From a virus, in the IMG/VR virus record IMGVR_UViG_3300006028_000011, positions 18,239 through 82,238 of that record: a DNA stretch of 64,000 nt; one strand, written 5' to 3'. The translations under genes were made by a program, and so were the position numbers. The notes beneath the pieces are model-generated. The model was not told the DNA's origin. It did no database searches and worked only from the letters and a program-made list of their open reading frames with translations. Positions 27,849 to 36,280 of the stretch are shown in pieces (within the stretch, counting starts at the first letter, position 1; each line of letters begins with the position of its first letter).

Positions 27849-28375
27849 GCCGCCCTCCGGGTCGGCCGCCGGCCGCCGTTGGCCCGGGCCGCCTGGGCGG
27901 CGACCACGCGCAGCGCGGCCTCCCGCTCGGTGAACTGGCGCAGCAGGGCGTCGAGGGTGTCGACGGGGACGCGCACGTACGACCGCTCGGCGCGGCGGGC
28001 GCGGACGACGGCGCGTCCGATGGTGACGATCGGGTTCAAGATGCTTCCTCCCTTGGAATCACGCGTACAGGTCGCGGAGGTGCAGGGTTGGTGGTGTGGG
28101 GCGCCATCAGCCGCCGGCCTCCGCGGTGTCCCAGCACCAGTACGCCGCCGACTGCATCCCGCAGCCGCGGTCGCACTCCAGCCCCGCGCAGGCGGAGCCG
28201 TCCATGTCGAGGTGGACGTCCGGCGAGCCGTCCTTCCGCGCCTGGAGCACGTACGTCCCGCCGCAGCCGGCCCGGTCGCAGGGGCGGCGGACGTCCGGCA
28301 GCGACCCGGGCATGGCGTCCAGGGCGGCCTGCAGGCGGCGCTCCGTCGCCCGGTGCTCGGCCGGCACGCCGACGG

Positions 28376-28612
28376 TCACGGTCGCATCCCCGGGTACCGC
28401 GCCAGGTCGGCGCCGACGGAGTCCGCATAGCTGTAGAACGACTCGGGGTCGATGCACCAGAGACGGCCCTCGAAGAGCTCGGCCTCGATTACGCCCGTCC
28501 GGCACAGCTCTGCCACCTCGTCCTGGGTGATCCCCAGCGGGCCGGCCACCTGGCCAAGGGCGAACCAGCCTCGCTCTGCGGCCTCGGTTTCGATCATGTC
28601 GATCCTCCTCAC
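28376..28612 (-). CDS. Small HTH protein
   Basis: QVAGPLGITQDEVAELCRTGVIEA. Confidence 0.55.
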   Translation of the reverse strand: MRRIDMIETEAAERGWFALGQVAGPLGITQDEVAELCRTGVIEAELFEGRLWCIDPESFYSYADSVGADLARYPGMRP

Positions 28613-29055
28613 ATGCCTCGCGGCTTCGCGCGCCAGCGGCCAGGGGCGACCCGTGCCGCGCGCGAACGCAATCTGGTGTGCACCGTGGTGCGGCCCATGT
28701 AGCCGGCCATGGCCTGGACGACTTCGGAGAACGTCAGGCCGCCGGGAGGCGCGCCCTCCAGCAGCGCCGCGAGGCGTACATCGGCGCCCTCGCGGAAGCG
28801 GGGCGTCTCCGGAGTCGGGTCGCTATGCGCCGGTGCCTCCCGGCGGATGGCCAGGGCCTCGGCCTCGGCGGCTTCCTCCCATGTGCCGTGCGGCTCCAGT
28901 TCCAGCCGCGCGACTTCCGCCCACCAGGCCTTGCGGGCGTGCTCGCTCCACCGCCGCAGTGGATCGCAGCTCATGCCCACGTAGAGGAGGTGCCCGTCGG
29001 CGTCGAAGAGGCGGTAGACGCTCGCGGGTAGACGTGGGCCTGGCAGGAACGTCAT
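28609..29055 (-). CDS. GIY-YIG nuclease domain protein
   Basis: VYRLFDADGHLLYVGMS..PLRRWSEH...AEALAIRRE.P. Confidence 0.8.
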   Translation of the reverse strand: MTFLPGPRLPASVYRLFDADGHLLYVGMSCDPLRRWSEHARKAWWAEVARLELEPHGTWEEAAEAEALAIRREAPAHSDPTPETPRFREGADVRLAALLEGAPPGGLTFSEVVQAMAGYMGRTTVHTRLRSRAARVAPGRWRAKPRGM

Positions 29056-29714
29056 CGCTCCTCCGGCCGCCGCGGCGTCGTCGAGCTGGCCCGGAACCGG
29101 CCGTGGCTCGGGCGCGTGGCCGCCAGCACCTCCAGATACTTCCGGACGGTGTTCTCGGACATGAACTCCTCCATCTCGACGACGTAGTGCTTGAACGGGT
29201 GCCCCGAGAGGGGCGCCTCCCAGAGGAGGTCGGCCAGGCGCTCGACAGCGGTCGACTCGACGGCGGGCGCGGGAGGAGGTGTCGGCGGTGAAGCCTCGGC
29301 CTCGACCACCGCCGTCACCTCCTCCCGGAGCCTGTACGCCACCCACCGCTGCACCCCGAGGGCGATCAGCGCGAGCAGCCCGATCCCCGACGCGGGGTCG
29401 AACAGGCCCTTCCACCAGGCCACCAGGAGCCACCCGACGACCCCTGCCGCGAATGGCCGGGCGGCCGCCCCGACGGGCCCGTTGAGGTACCGCCAGAGCC
29501 TGCCCAGCCCGACCCCCGCCCCGACGAGTAGGAGGGCCCGCACCAGGCCGGGCAGGTACCACCCCGCGAAGGCGACCCCCACCACGGCCAGCACGACCCC
29601 TCCCCCCCGCCGGACGAGGCGGGAGAAGTCCAGCCGCGTCGCCCAGGCAATTCCGAGTTCGAATGCCTGCTGTGCGATCTGCGTTTTGGGCGATTTGGGC
29701 GACTGGACTCCCAC
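29052..29714 (-). CDS. Multi-pass membrane protein
   Basis: About 4 hydrophobic segments. Confidence 0.55.
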   Translation of the reverse strand: MGVQSPKSPKTQIAQQAFELGIAWATRLDFSRLVRRGGGVVLAVVGVAFAGWYLPGLVRALLLVGAGVGLGRLWRYLNGPVGAAARPFAAGVVGWLLVAWWKGLFDPASGIGLLALIALGVQRWVAYRLREEVTAVVEAEASPPTPPPAPAVESTAVERLADLLWEAPLSGHPFKHYVVEMEEFMSENTVRKYLEVLAATRPSHGRFRASSTTPRRPEER

Positions 29715-29715
29715 G

Positions 29716-30246
29716 TCACCGACCCCGCGGAGTGGGGGAGGCGGGGAGCGCCGGACCCGTGTCGACGGCCTGGCAGATGTTGGCCGCGGGCTTGATCCCG
29801 AGGTAGGTGGCGGCGAGCGACGCGGCGCCGCTCTGGCCCAGCGTCATGGCCACGAGGACGACGGGCAACAGGGCCACGCCGACCGCGATGCCGACCGGAC
29901 CGATCCGGGTCGCCATGCGGTGCCCGTGCGTGGACAGCGCGTGACCCTGCGGCGTCAGCTTCATCAGCAGGACGCCCGTCCCGATGCTGAGGGCGCTGAC
30001 GAGCACGAACACCAGATCGAGGGGCCGCACCACCCCCAGGAGTCGGTTCAGGAACGTGTTGAGCCAGGCCTCGAGGAGGCCGGTGTAGATGATGTAGATC
30101 AGGCCGGCCGACACCGCGACCGCGAGCCAGGTCTTGAAGTGCGAGTTGCTCGCCCGGCCGCCGCCGCCACCACCTCCCGCGCCCGGCGGGGCGCCTCCAC
30201 CGCGGCCCGGCCGGGTCCAGTCGCTGATCTTGTCGAAAACGCTCAT
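29716..30246 (-). CDS. Membrane protein (3 TM)
   Basis: Three hydrophobic segments; GGAGG SD. Confidence 0.55.
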   Translation of the reverse strand: MSVFDKISDWTRPGRGGGAPPGAGGGGGGGRASNSHFKTWLAVAVSAGLIYIIYTGLLEAWLNTFLNRLLGVVRPLDLVFVLVSALSIGTGVLLMKLTPQGHALSTHGHRMATRIGPVGIAVGVALLPVVLVAMTLGQSGAASLAATYLGIKPAANICQAVDTGPALPASPTPRGR

Positions 30247-30824
30247 CGAAACCTCCGAATCAGGGCCACCAGAGATCGGCCGGCGACCCACGGCAGCCCG
30301 TAGGCGAGTCGCGCGGAGCAGCGCAGCGTGATCAGCGCGATCACGCCGCCGTAGTGCCAGACGCGGCCGAGCCCGATGCCCAGCCGCTCCCAGCCCGGCC
30401 AGGGCGGCCGGACCGGCTCGACGTCGATCACGTCGCCGGCGAGGGGGTACTCGTCATCGCCATCGGTCAGCGCGGGGACGTAGCGGGTCACCTACCGGCT
30501 CCCGTGGGGTCCGGCGACGGCATGTGGCCGTCGCACGAGAGGGTGTAGCCGTGCACGACGACCGGGTGGGGGCAGACCGTTCCCCGGACGCCGCCGCTGT
30601 AGTACGCCCAGGCCCCGGCCAGGATGACCAGGACGACGATCAGGGCGGTTCCGAGCCCCCCCCCAGTGGGGCGCGGCTGCGGCTGCCACTGGTTCACCAG
30701 GACACCGCCCCGGCGACGCCGGCCGCCACCACGAACACGGCCGCGGCGACGGCCCAGCCGATGTGGGCCGTGCCGATCTCGCGCGGCGCCACCCGCAGGA
30801 TGGCGATGAGCTCCAGCAGCCTGC

Positions 30825-31502
30825 TCATGCGTACTTCCTCCAGGCCCCGGACGTGAACGTCGTCCAGGGCGTCCAGTTCGAGCCATGCCCCGAGATCGCG
30901 GCCGTCTGCTGCGCGGCGCAGCCGAGCGCCTCGGCGCAGGCGACCGTGACCCGCGGGTGGGCGATCAGGTTGAGTTGCCAGGGGCCATACGACCGCTCCG
31001 GGCCCTGGCCGGGATCGCAGCGCGGCGGGCAGAGGTGGACGGCGTCGGAGCGGCCTCCGGACTCGGCCATCCCGATCGCGGCGCCCGTGTGGGCGGCAGG
31101 CTCGGGAACACCGGCCGCCTGGAGCGCCTGCTCCATCTGGGCTCGCGTGTAGACCACGCCTGGGCCGGCGGGGACCGGCGGCACGTAGGCCGGGTCCGGC
31201 AGGGGGCCGCCCGGCACCGCTCCCCCGGACGCCGGTGGCGAGGGCGGGCCGGCCGGCACGCAGAGGAACCAGAAGCAGTCCACCTTCCGGACCGCTGGCG
31301 CCTCCGGGTTGGTGTTGTTCGGGTGGCTGCACAGCATGACGAGGCACGGCTGCGCCGAGGTGTTGACGCCGCGCGCCTCCATCCCGGCCAGCACGGCGTC
31401 GGTCGCCTTGGCGCTTCGGCCGGGCTGCGAGTACCAGGCATCGAACCCGAGCACCGCGATGACGATCAGGACGAGCGCGAGCCCGCGCGGCGCGCAGCCC
31501 AT
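30825..31502 (-). CDS. Membrane-anchored lytic transglycosylase (SLT/lysozyme-like)
   Basis: N-terminal TM; AIGMAESGG (catalytic Glu), YGPWQLN, NWTPW. Confidence 0.8.
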   Translation of the reverse strand: MGCAPRGLALVLIVIAVLGFDAWYSQPGRSAKATDAVLAGMEARGVNTSAQPCLVMLCSHPNNTNPEAPAVRKVDCFWFLCVPAGPPSPPASGGAVPGGPLPDPAYVPPVPAGPGVVYTRAQMEQALQAAGVPEPAAHTGAAIGMAESGGRSDAVHLCPPRCDPGQGPERSYGPWQLNLIAHPRVTVACAEALGCAAQQTAAISGHGSNWTPWTTFTSGAWRKYA

Positions 31503-31635
31503 CACCCGCCCAGCCTGCGAACGGCGCCCGCCGTGGCCCACGCGAGCAGGGCGCCCAGGACGAAGTAGGCGATGCCCAGGGTGGGGTCGGGGTGCGCGAG
31601 GACGGGCGCGGCGGCGACGAGTCGAAGCGCGAAGC

Positions 31636-32499
31636 TCATGCCGCCGCCTGCGTGCTGGCACGCTGCGCACGGGCCCGCGTTTCGTTCGCGAGCTGCTTGC
31701 GGGCGGCCGTGAGGGCACGCTTCGCGGCGTGCTCCTGGAGGCCGGTCGCCGCGGCCACCCGGCGCCAGTTGCCGCGGGCCCGTGCGATTCGCAGCACGCG
31801 GGGATCGACGCGGCGATCCGGGCCCCGCGGCGGCCGCGAATCGTCCTCCGCATCGCCGTCGTCATCGTCCTGCGAAGCGGCTGGCTCGTCCGGGGACGAG
31901 TCATCGTCCTCCAAGAGCCCGCGGTCGACGGCGTTCGATCGCCTCGTGCGAACGAGCAGGTACCAGCAGGCCAGGGCGATCACTGGCGGCCACGCGTGCA
32001 TGCCAACCGAGATCGCATCGCCCGCGTTGGCCAGGACGTTGCCGAGGACCATGATCGCGGCCGCCACTGCGCTGATCACGCCTGCGAGCCAGGCCGACTT
32101 CCCACGGTGCGCCTGGTCGAGCGCGATGATCCCGGTCGCGAGCGAGGCGAGGTCCACGGTCGTGGGCCACGCGATCGACTCCCAGTTCTCAGGACCGCCG
32201 AAGTTGTGCCTGCTCGCGAGGTCGTACAGGCTCGCGTATGAAATCGCGTACGCGAGCACCGAGATGGCGTACGCCACCAGCTCGGCGGTTCGAGAGAGGG
32301 AGGAGGGAGCCGTGCGCATTCGCGCGTATGCCCGGCGCGCCGCGAGCTGGATCGCCTTCCTGCGACTCCACCACCCTGGCCGACGCCGACGAGCCGGGGG
32401 CGTCTCGCTCCCCATGTTCGCGGGTGGCTTCGCGGGGTCGTTCGCGTTCGCTTCGTTCGCGGTTCGCTCCACCCTTCGCAGCGGGTTCGCAAGTCGCAT
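31636..32499 (-). CDS. DUF2637 / SpdA-like membrane protein with C-terminal HTH-like region
   Basis: ISYASLYDLA, WPTTVD, GNV, HAWPPVIAL; ATG 7 nt after TATGGT. Confidence 0.7.
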   Translation of the reverse strand: MRLANPLRRVERTANEANANDPAKPPANMGSETPPARRRRPGWWSRRKAIQLAARRAYARMRTAPSSLSRTAELVAYAISVLAYAISYASLYDLASRHNFGGPENWESIAWPTTVDLASLATGIIALDQAHRGKSAWLAGVISAVAAAIMVLGNVLANAGDAISVGMHAWPPVIALACWYLLVRTRRSNAVDRGLLEDDDSSPDEPAASQDDDDGDAEDDSRPPRGPDRRVDPRVLRIARARGNWRRVAAATGLQEHAAKRALTAARKQLANETRARAQRASTQAAA

Positions 32500-32514
32500 G
32501 GCCGCCACCATACA

Positions 32515-32553
32515 GCAAAGTCCGGCGTAATGCTGGCAAAGTCCGGCATGATG
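32515..32553. promoter_or_regulatory. Direct-repeat operator between divergent genes
   Basis: GCAAAGTCCGGCRTRATG twice, 21-bp period. Confidence 0.6.
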
Positions 32554-32589
32554 GGCTAGGGTTAGGGCATCGAACGCTACGATGCCGAC

Positions 32590-32832
32590 GTGACCGCCGA
32601 GATCGCGCCATACCTCGCCGAGGCGCTCCGTCGCGAGCAGGGCGCGAAGGACTGGACGACCATCGAGTTGGCCGCCCGCGCCAACATCCACCGCAGCCAC
32701 CTCGCCGAGATCCTGGTGGGGCGTCGGTCGCCGAACGTCGAGACCTTGGAGCGGCTGTGCAGGGCGCTCGGTCAGCCGATCTCCCGCTTGTTCCTGCAGG
32801 CTGAGCGACTGCGAGCAGAGAGGGGAGGGTGA
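32590..32832 (+). CDS. XRE-family HTH regulator
   Basis: WTTIELAARANIHRSHLAEILVGRRSPNVETLERLCRAL; TACGAT 6 nt upstream. Confidence 0.85.
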   Translation: MTAEIAPYLAEALRREQGAKDWTTIELAARANIHRSHLAEILVGRRSPNVETLERLCRALGQPISRLFLQAERLRAERGG

Positions 32833-32937
32833 TCAGGGCGGCGAGGTGTCGTGCCCCAATGCGGGCATCAGCCTCGCCGCCCGTCCCTCCCGCGCATCAT
32901 GAGCCGAAACGCCCCGGGGCGATGAACCTCCGGGCCC

Positions 32938-32964
32938 GGAGGCGCCTCTACAGGGGGCGCCTCC
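32938..32964. terminator. Hairpin downstream of cas4, between convergent genes
   Basis: GGAGGCGCC-N9-GGCGCCTCC. Confidence 0.55.
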
Positions 32965-32971
32965 ATCCCGG

Positions 32972-33550
32972 TCAGACGCAGACCTTCCGGTAGACGCAGT
33001 CGAGGCACTTCGTCGCCGGCGCCCGCCCCGGCATGTCCTCCGTGCCGACCACGGCCTGCATGTCGGCCACGAGGTTCCGCACGATCCGCTTGTCGGCCTC
33101 CCTGATCGCCACCTCGCGGACGACGTCGCCGCCCAGATAGTGCAGGTAGCCGCGGTTAACCAACCGGCCGTGCCGCTCCTCGAGGAGCAGGGCGTAGGCC
33201 GCGAGCTGCACCAGCTGCTCGGGCCACGGGCGCGCGGGCGGCTCGCCCATCTTCACCTCGTACACCGCGAGGTCCCCATCCGCGGCGACCAGGGCGTCGA
33301 CCTTGCCGCGGAGCCGGAGCCGCTCCGACGACAGCTCAGCGGACATCAACTTCGAGCGGGCCCGCACGCTGGCGCCCTCCCGCCATCGGTTCTGCTCCCT
33401 GGCCGCCCAGCGGTCGTGCTGCTCGCGGCCGTGCTCGGTCTTCACCGTCCCGCGCTGCTTCATGCCGAGCACGTACGCGAACCACGTGATCCGGGCGCAG
33501 TAGCGGTGGTTCATCAGGTCTCCGACCGACAGGTAGCCGTGGCGATCCAC
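32972..33550 (-). CDS. cas4: CRISPR-associated exonuclease Cas4
   Basis: YCAR, GKVD, YEVK, QLAAYA, KCLDCVYRKVC (Fe-S cysteines). Confidence 0.93.
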   Translation of the reverse strand: MDRHGYLSVGDLMNHRYCARITWFAYVLGMKQRGTVKTEHGREQHDRWAAREQNRWREGASVRARSKLMSAELSSERLRLRGKVDALVAADGDLAVYEVKMGEPPARPWPEQLVQLAAYALLLEERHGRLVNRGYLHYLGGDVVREVAIREADKRIVRNLVADMQAVVGTEDMPGRAPATKCLDCVYRKVCV

Positions 33551-33852
33551 TACAGCACCTCGAAGCGATCACGCCGATGGTCGGGGAAGTGCGCCTGGCG
33601 GCCGAGGAAGCGGGCGCCCCCGAAGCAGCCGTCGCACATCGGCAGGACGTAGACGCGGTCCGACTCGCGGGCGCGCGGGTCCCTGGCGAACAGGCCCTCG
33701 ATGCGGATCTGGAGCATCTCCCTCCGGTTCCGGGTCAGGTCACCCGCGAACGCCGAGTACTGCACGCGCTCCAGGCCGAAGTCGAGCAGGAACTCCGCGG
33801 TCCGGACGCGCAGGCCGTTGTCGCCGATGTCGTAGATCACGAGCAACCTCAT
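33550..33852 (-). CDS. cas2: CRISPR-associated Cas2
   Basis: MRLLVIYDI, GLERVQYSAFAG. Confidence 0.95.
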   Translation of the reverse strand: MRLLVIYDIGDNGLRVRTAEFLLDFGLERVQYSAFAGDLTRNRREMLQIRIEGLFARDPRARESDRVYVLPMCDGCFGGARFLGRQAHFPDHRRDRFEVL

Positions 33853-33868
33853 CCGCCGACGGGGCCGG

Positions 33869-34864
33869 TCAGGCCCAGCGGTGGACGTACGGCTGGTAGG
33901 CGGCGTGGCGACCCAGCAGGAACCCGACGAGGTGACGGGCCTCGCGAACGAGGAGCTCCTGCCATCGGATCCGCTCGCCGCGGTAGACGAGCTCGTCGTT
34001 GAGGCGCTCCAGGACCTGGCCGGCCACGAGCTTGCGGCCGTCGACGCCGAGCAGCACACCGCCGTCCTCGTGCTCCTCGCCATGGTCTCGGCTGAGCTGC
34101 CGCCGGCGCACCAGGGTGAGGACGGCCCGGTCGACGATCGGCTGCCGGACGAGCTCCACGAAGTCCAGGGTCAGCGACGGCTTGCCCCAGCGGTCCGTGT
34201 GGAGGAAGCCGAGAGAGGGCTCGAAGCCGCTGAGGGCGAGAGCTCGCTCAGCCTGCGCGCACGCGATGGCGTAGCCGTACGACAGGGCCGCGTTGACGAT
34301 GTCGCGCGGCGGTCGCCGGGTGCGGCCGTTGAAGCCGATCCCGTGCGGCAGGAGCGCCTTCAGGCCGTCCATGTACGAGCGACCGATCCGCCCCTCCAGC
34401 GCGAACAGCGCGGGCCTCGCGGAATGCAGCGTCGATCCGAAGTCGCGCGATTCATCGAGCAGCCCGGAGATCGTCCTCCGCTGCTCGGCGGTGGCGGCGG
34501 CGTCGAGCACGCGGAGGAGGTGCTGCTGGTTCCGACACTTGGCCGCGACCAGCGCGCTGGCGATCGCCACTCCGCGGTTGTCAGTGGCGGCGTCGAGCTG
34601 GGCGCGCTTGACGAGCGCGGCGCCCGACAGGGAAGAGGGGACGAAGCGGCCGACGAAGTCCCCCTTCCAGTCGACGAGCGCGATGTCGGTGCCCGTCTCG
34701 GCCGCCAGCGCCAACGCGTCGGTGCTGATCATCTGCTGCGAACCGAGCACGATCTGACGGACATCGTCGGCCGCCCACTCGCGATCCTCTTCGCCTACCT
34801 TGACCCTGAATCGCTGGCGATGGCGGCGCACAGCTATCCCGCGTGCATCCAGAACGATGTCCAT
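33869..34864 (-). CDS. cas1: CRISPR-associated integrase Cas1
   Basis: ALEGRIG.SY, RTRRPPRDIVNAALSYGY, GFLH, SLTLDFVELVR. Confidence 0.96.
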   Translation of the reverse strand: MDIVLDARGIAVRRHRQRFRVKVGEEDREWAADDVRQIVLGSQQMISTDALALAAETGTDIALVDWKGDFVGRFVPSSLSGAALVKRAQLDAATDNRGVAIASALVAAKCRNQQHLLRVLDAAATAEQRRTISGLLDESRDFGSTLHSARPALFALEGRIGRSYMDGLKALLPHGIGFNGRTRRPPRDIVNAALSYGYAIACAQAERALALSGFEPSLGFLHTDRWGKPSLTLDFVELVRQPIVDRAVLTLVRRRQLSRDHGEEHEDGGVLLGVDGRKLVAGQVLERLNDELVYRGERIRWQELLVREARHLVGFLLGRHAAYQPYVHRWA

Positions 34865-34957
34865 TCTCACTCTCCCGACAGCAAATCTGGGCGACCCACG
34901 TGGCCGCGACGACTCAGTTCAGCTCGCTACGTCGGACGAGGTCCCGACGCAGGTCTC

Positions 34958-36115
34958 GTGGCATCCACACTCGCCTACCACCGGCCGTCACCTGTGGCAG
35001 CCATGCTCGCGCTCCGACCGCTGCAACTGGCGTGGCCAGGCGAGCCGGGCATGGGTGACTTCGTGGCATCCACGCTCGCGCTCCGTCGGCCGCTGCAACT
35101 GGCACGACGGCGCAAGAGAGGATCGAGAGTTGGTGGCATCCACGCTCGCGCTCCGTCGGCCGCTGCAACAGCGCACCCGCGACTGGGAAGAGAAGTAGGC
35201 CGAGTGGCATCCACGCTCGCGCTCCGTCGGCCGCTGCAACCACTCGTCCCGGGCCGGAACGACCAGTCATTCACCGTGGCATCCACGCTCGCGCTCCGTC
35301 GGCCGCTGCAACCATGCTGTGCCGATCACTCAAGGAGGAGGTGATGCCGTGGCATCCACGCTCGCGCTCCGTCGGCCGCTGCAACACAGTCGCAGGGCGC
35401 CGTAGCTCCCACTGACCATCCCGTGGCATCCACGCTCGCGCTCCGTCGGCCGCTGCAACATATTGGGATCTTGGGAGCAGCCTTATTGCCATCGGTGGCA
35501 TCCACGCTCGCGCTCCGTCGGCCGCTGCAACCGCCTCGCCGGGAGCACGAAGCCACGGCCGATTCTCGTGGCATCCACGCTCGCGCTCCGTCGGCCGCTG
35601 CAACGCATAGAGTTCAGACAGATGCCGCCGCAATCACCGTCGTGGCATCCACGCTCGCGCTCCGTCGGCCGCTGCAACCCGCTTGCAGAAGATCATCGAC
35701 GCCGACCTCAGGTTGTGGCATCCACGCTCGCGCTCCGTCGGCCGCTGCAACTGTGCAGTACCCTCCGCAGCTTACCGCTCAGTCTACCGGTGGCATCCAC
35801 GCTCGCGCTCCGTCGGCCGCTGCAACTGACAAAGCGGCGATGATAGCCGCGATAACCGCAGGTGGCATCCACGCTCGCGCTCCGTCGGCCGCTGCAACCC
35901 GCGCGGTTGGCTGCTCGGACGCGGGGCCTCATCCGTGGCATCCACGCTCGCGCTCCGTCGGCCGCTGCAACCGCCTCGGCGCTGGTGCTCACGGTGATGA
36001 CCTCTCTGTGGCATCCACGCTCGCGCTCCGTCGGCCGCTGCAACCCGGCAGTGGCAGGCGCCATGCGAAGCCATCTTCGTGGCATCCACGCTCGCGCTCC
36101 GTCGGCCGCTGCAAC
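34958..36115 (-). CRISPR. CRISPR array: 15 identical 37-bp repeats, 2 degenerate distal repeats, 15 spacers of 33-38 bp
   Basis: Repeat (minus strand) GTTGCAGCGGCCGACGGAGCGCGAGCGTGGATGCCAC; exact copies start at 35063 through 36079; degenerate copies at 34994-35027 and 34958-34993 place the leader on the effector side. Confidence 0.98.
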
Positions 36116-36280
36116 CGCAATCGCCAACTCGTAAGCGCCCACAGCAGGCGCTCGGCGTAGACTGAATCCGTCATAGAGCCGATGAGCCCGAGTTGCGTCG
36201 ACGTGGTCAACCTCCCCCTCGCGGTGGCAAGTGAGAGGTCGTCCGCGAGTACAGCAGACGTCGGGGCGCAGGTGTGGTAT
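36116..36280 (-). promoter_or_regulatory. CRISPR leader, possibly containing a structured accessory RNA
   Basis: Non-coding; stems at 36134-36152, 36199-36263 and 36218-36249. Confidence 0.55.

Noticed and set aside
34914-36160. Multiple ORFs with repeating peptides (VASTLALRRPLQ etc.)
   Set aside because: Translations of the CRISPR repeats
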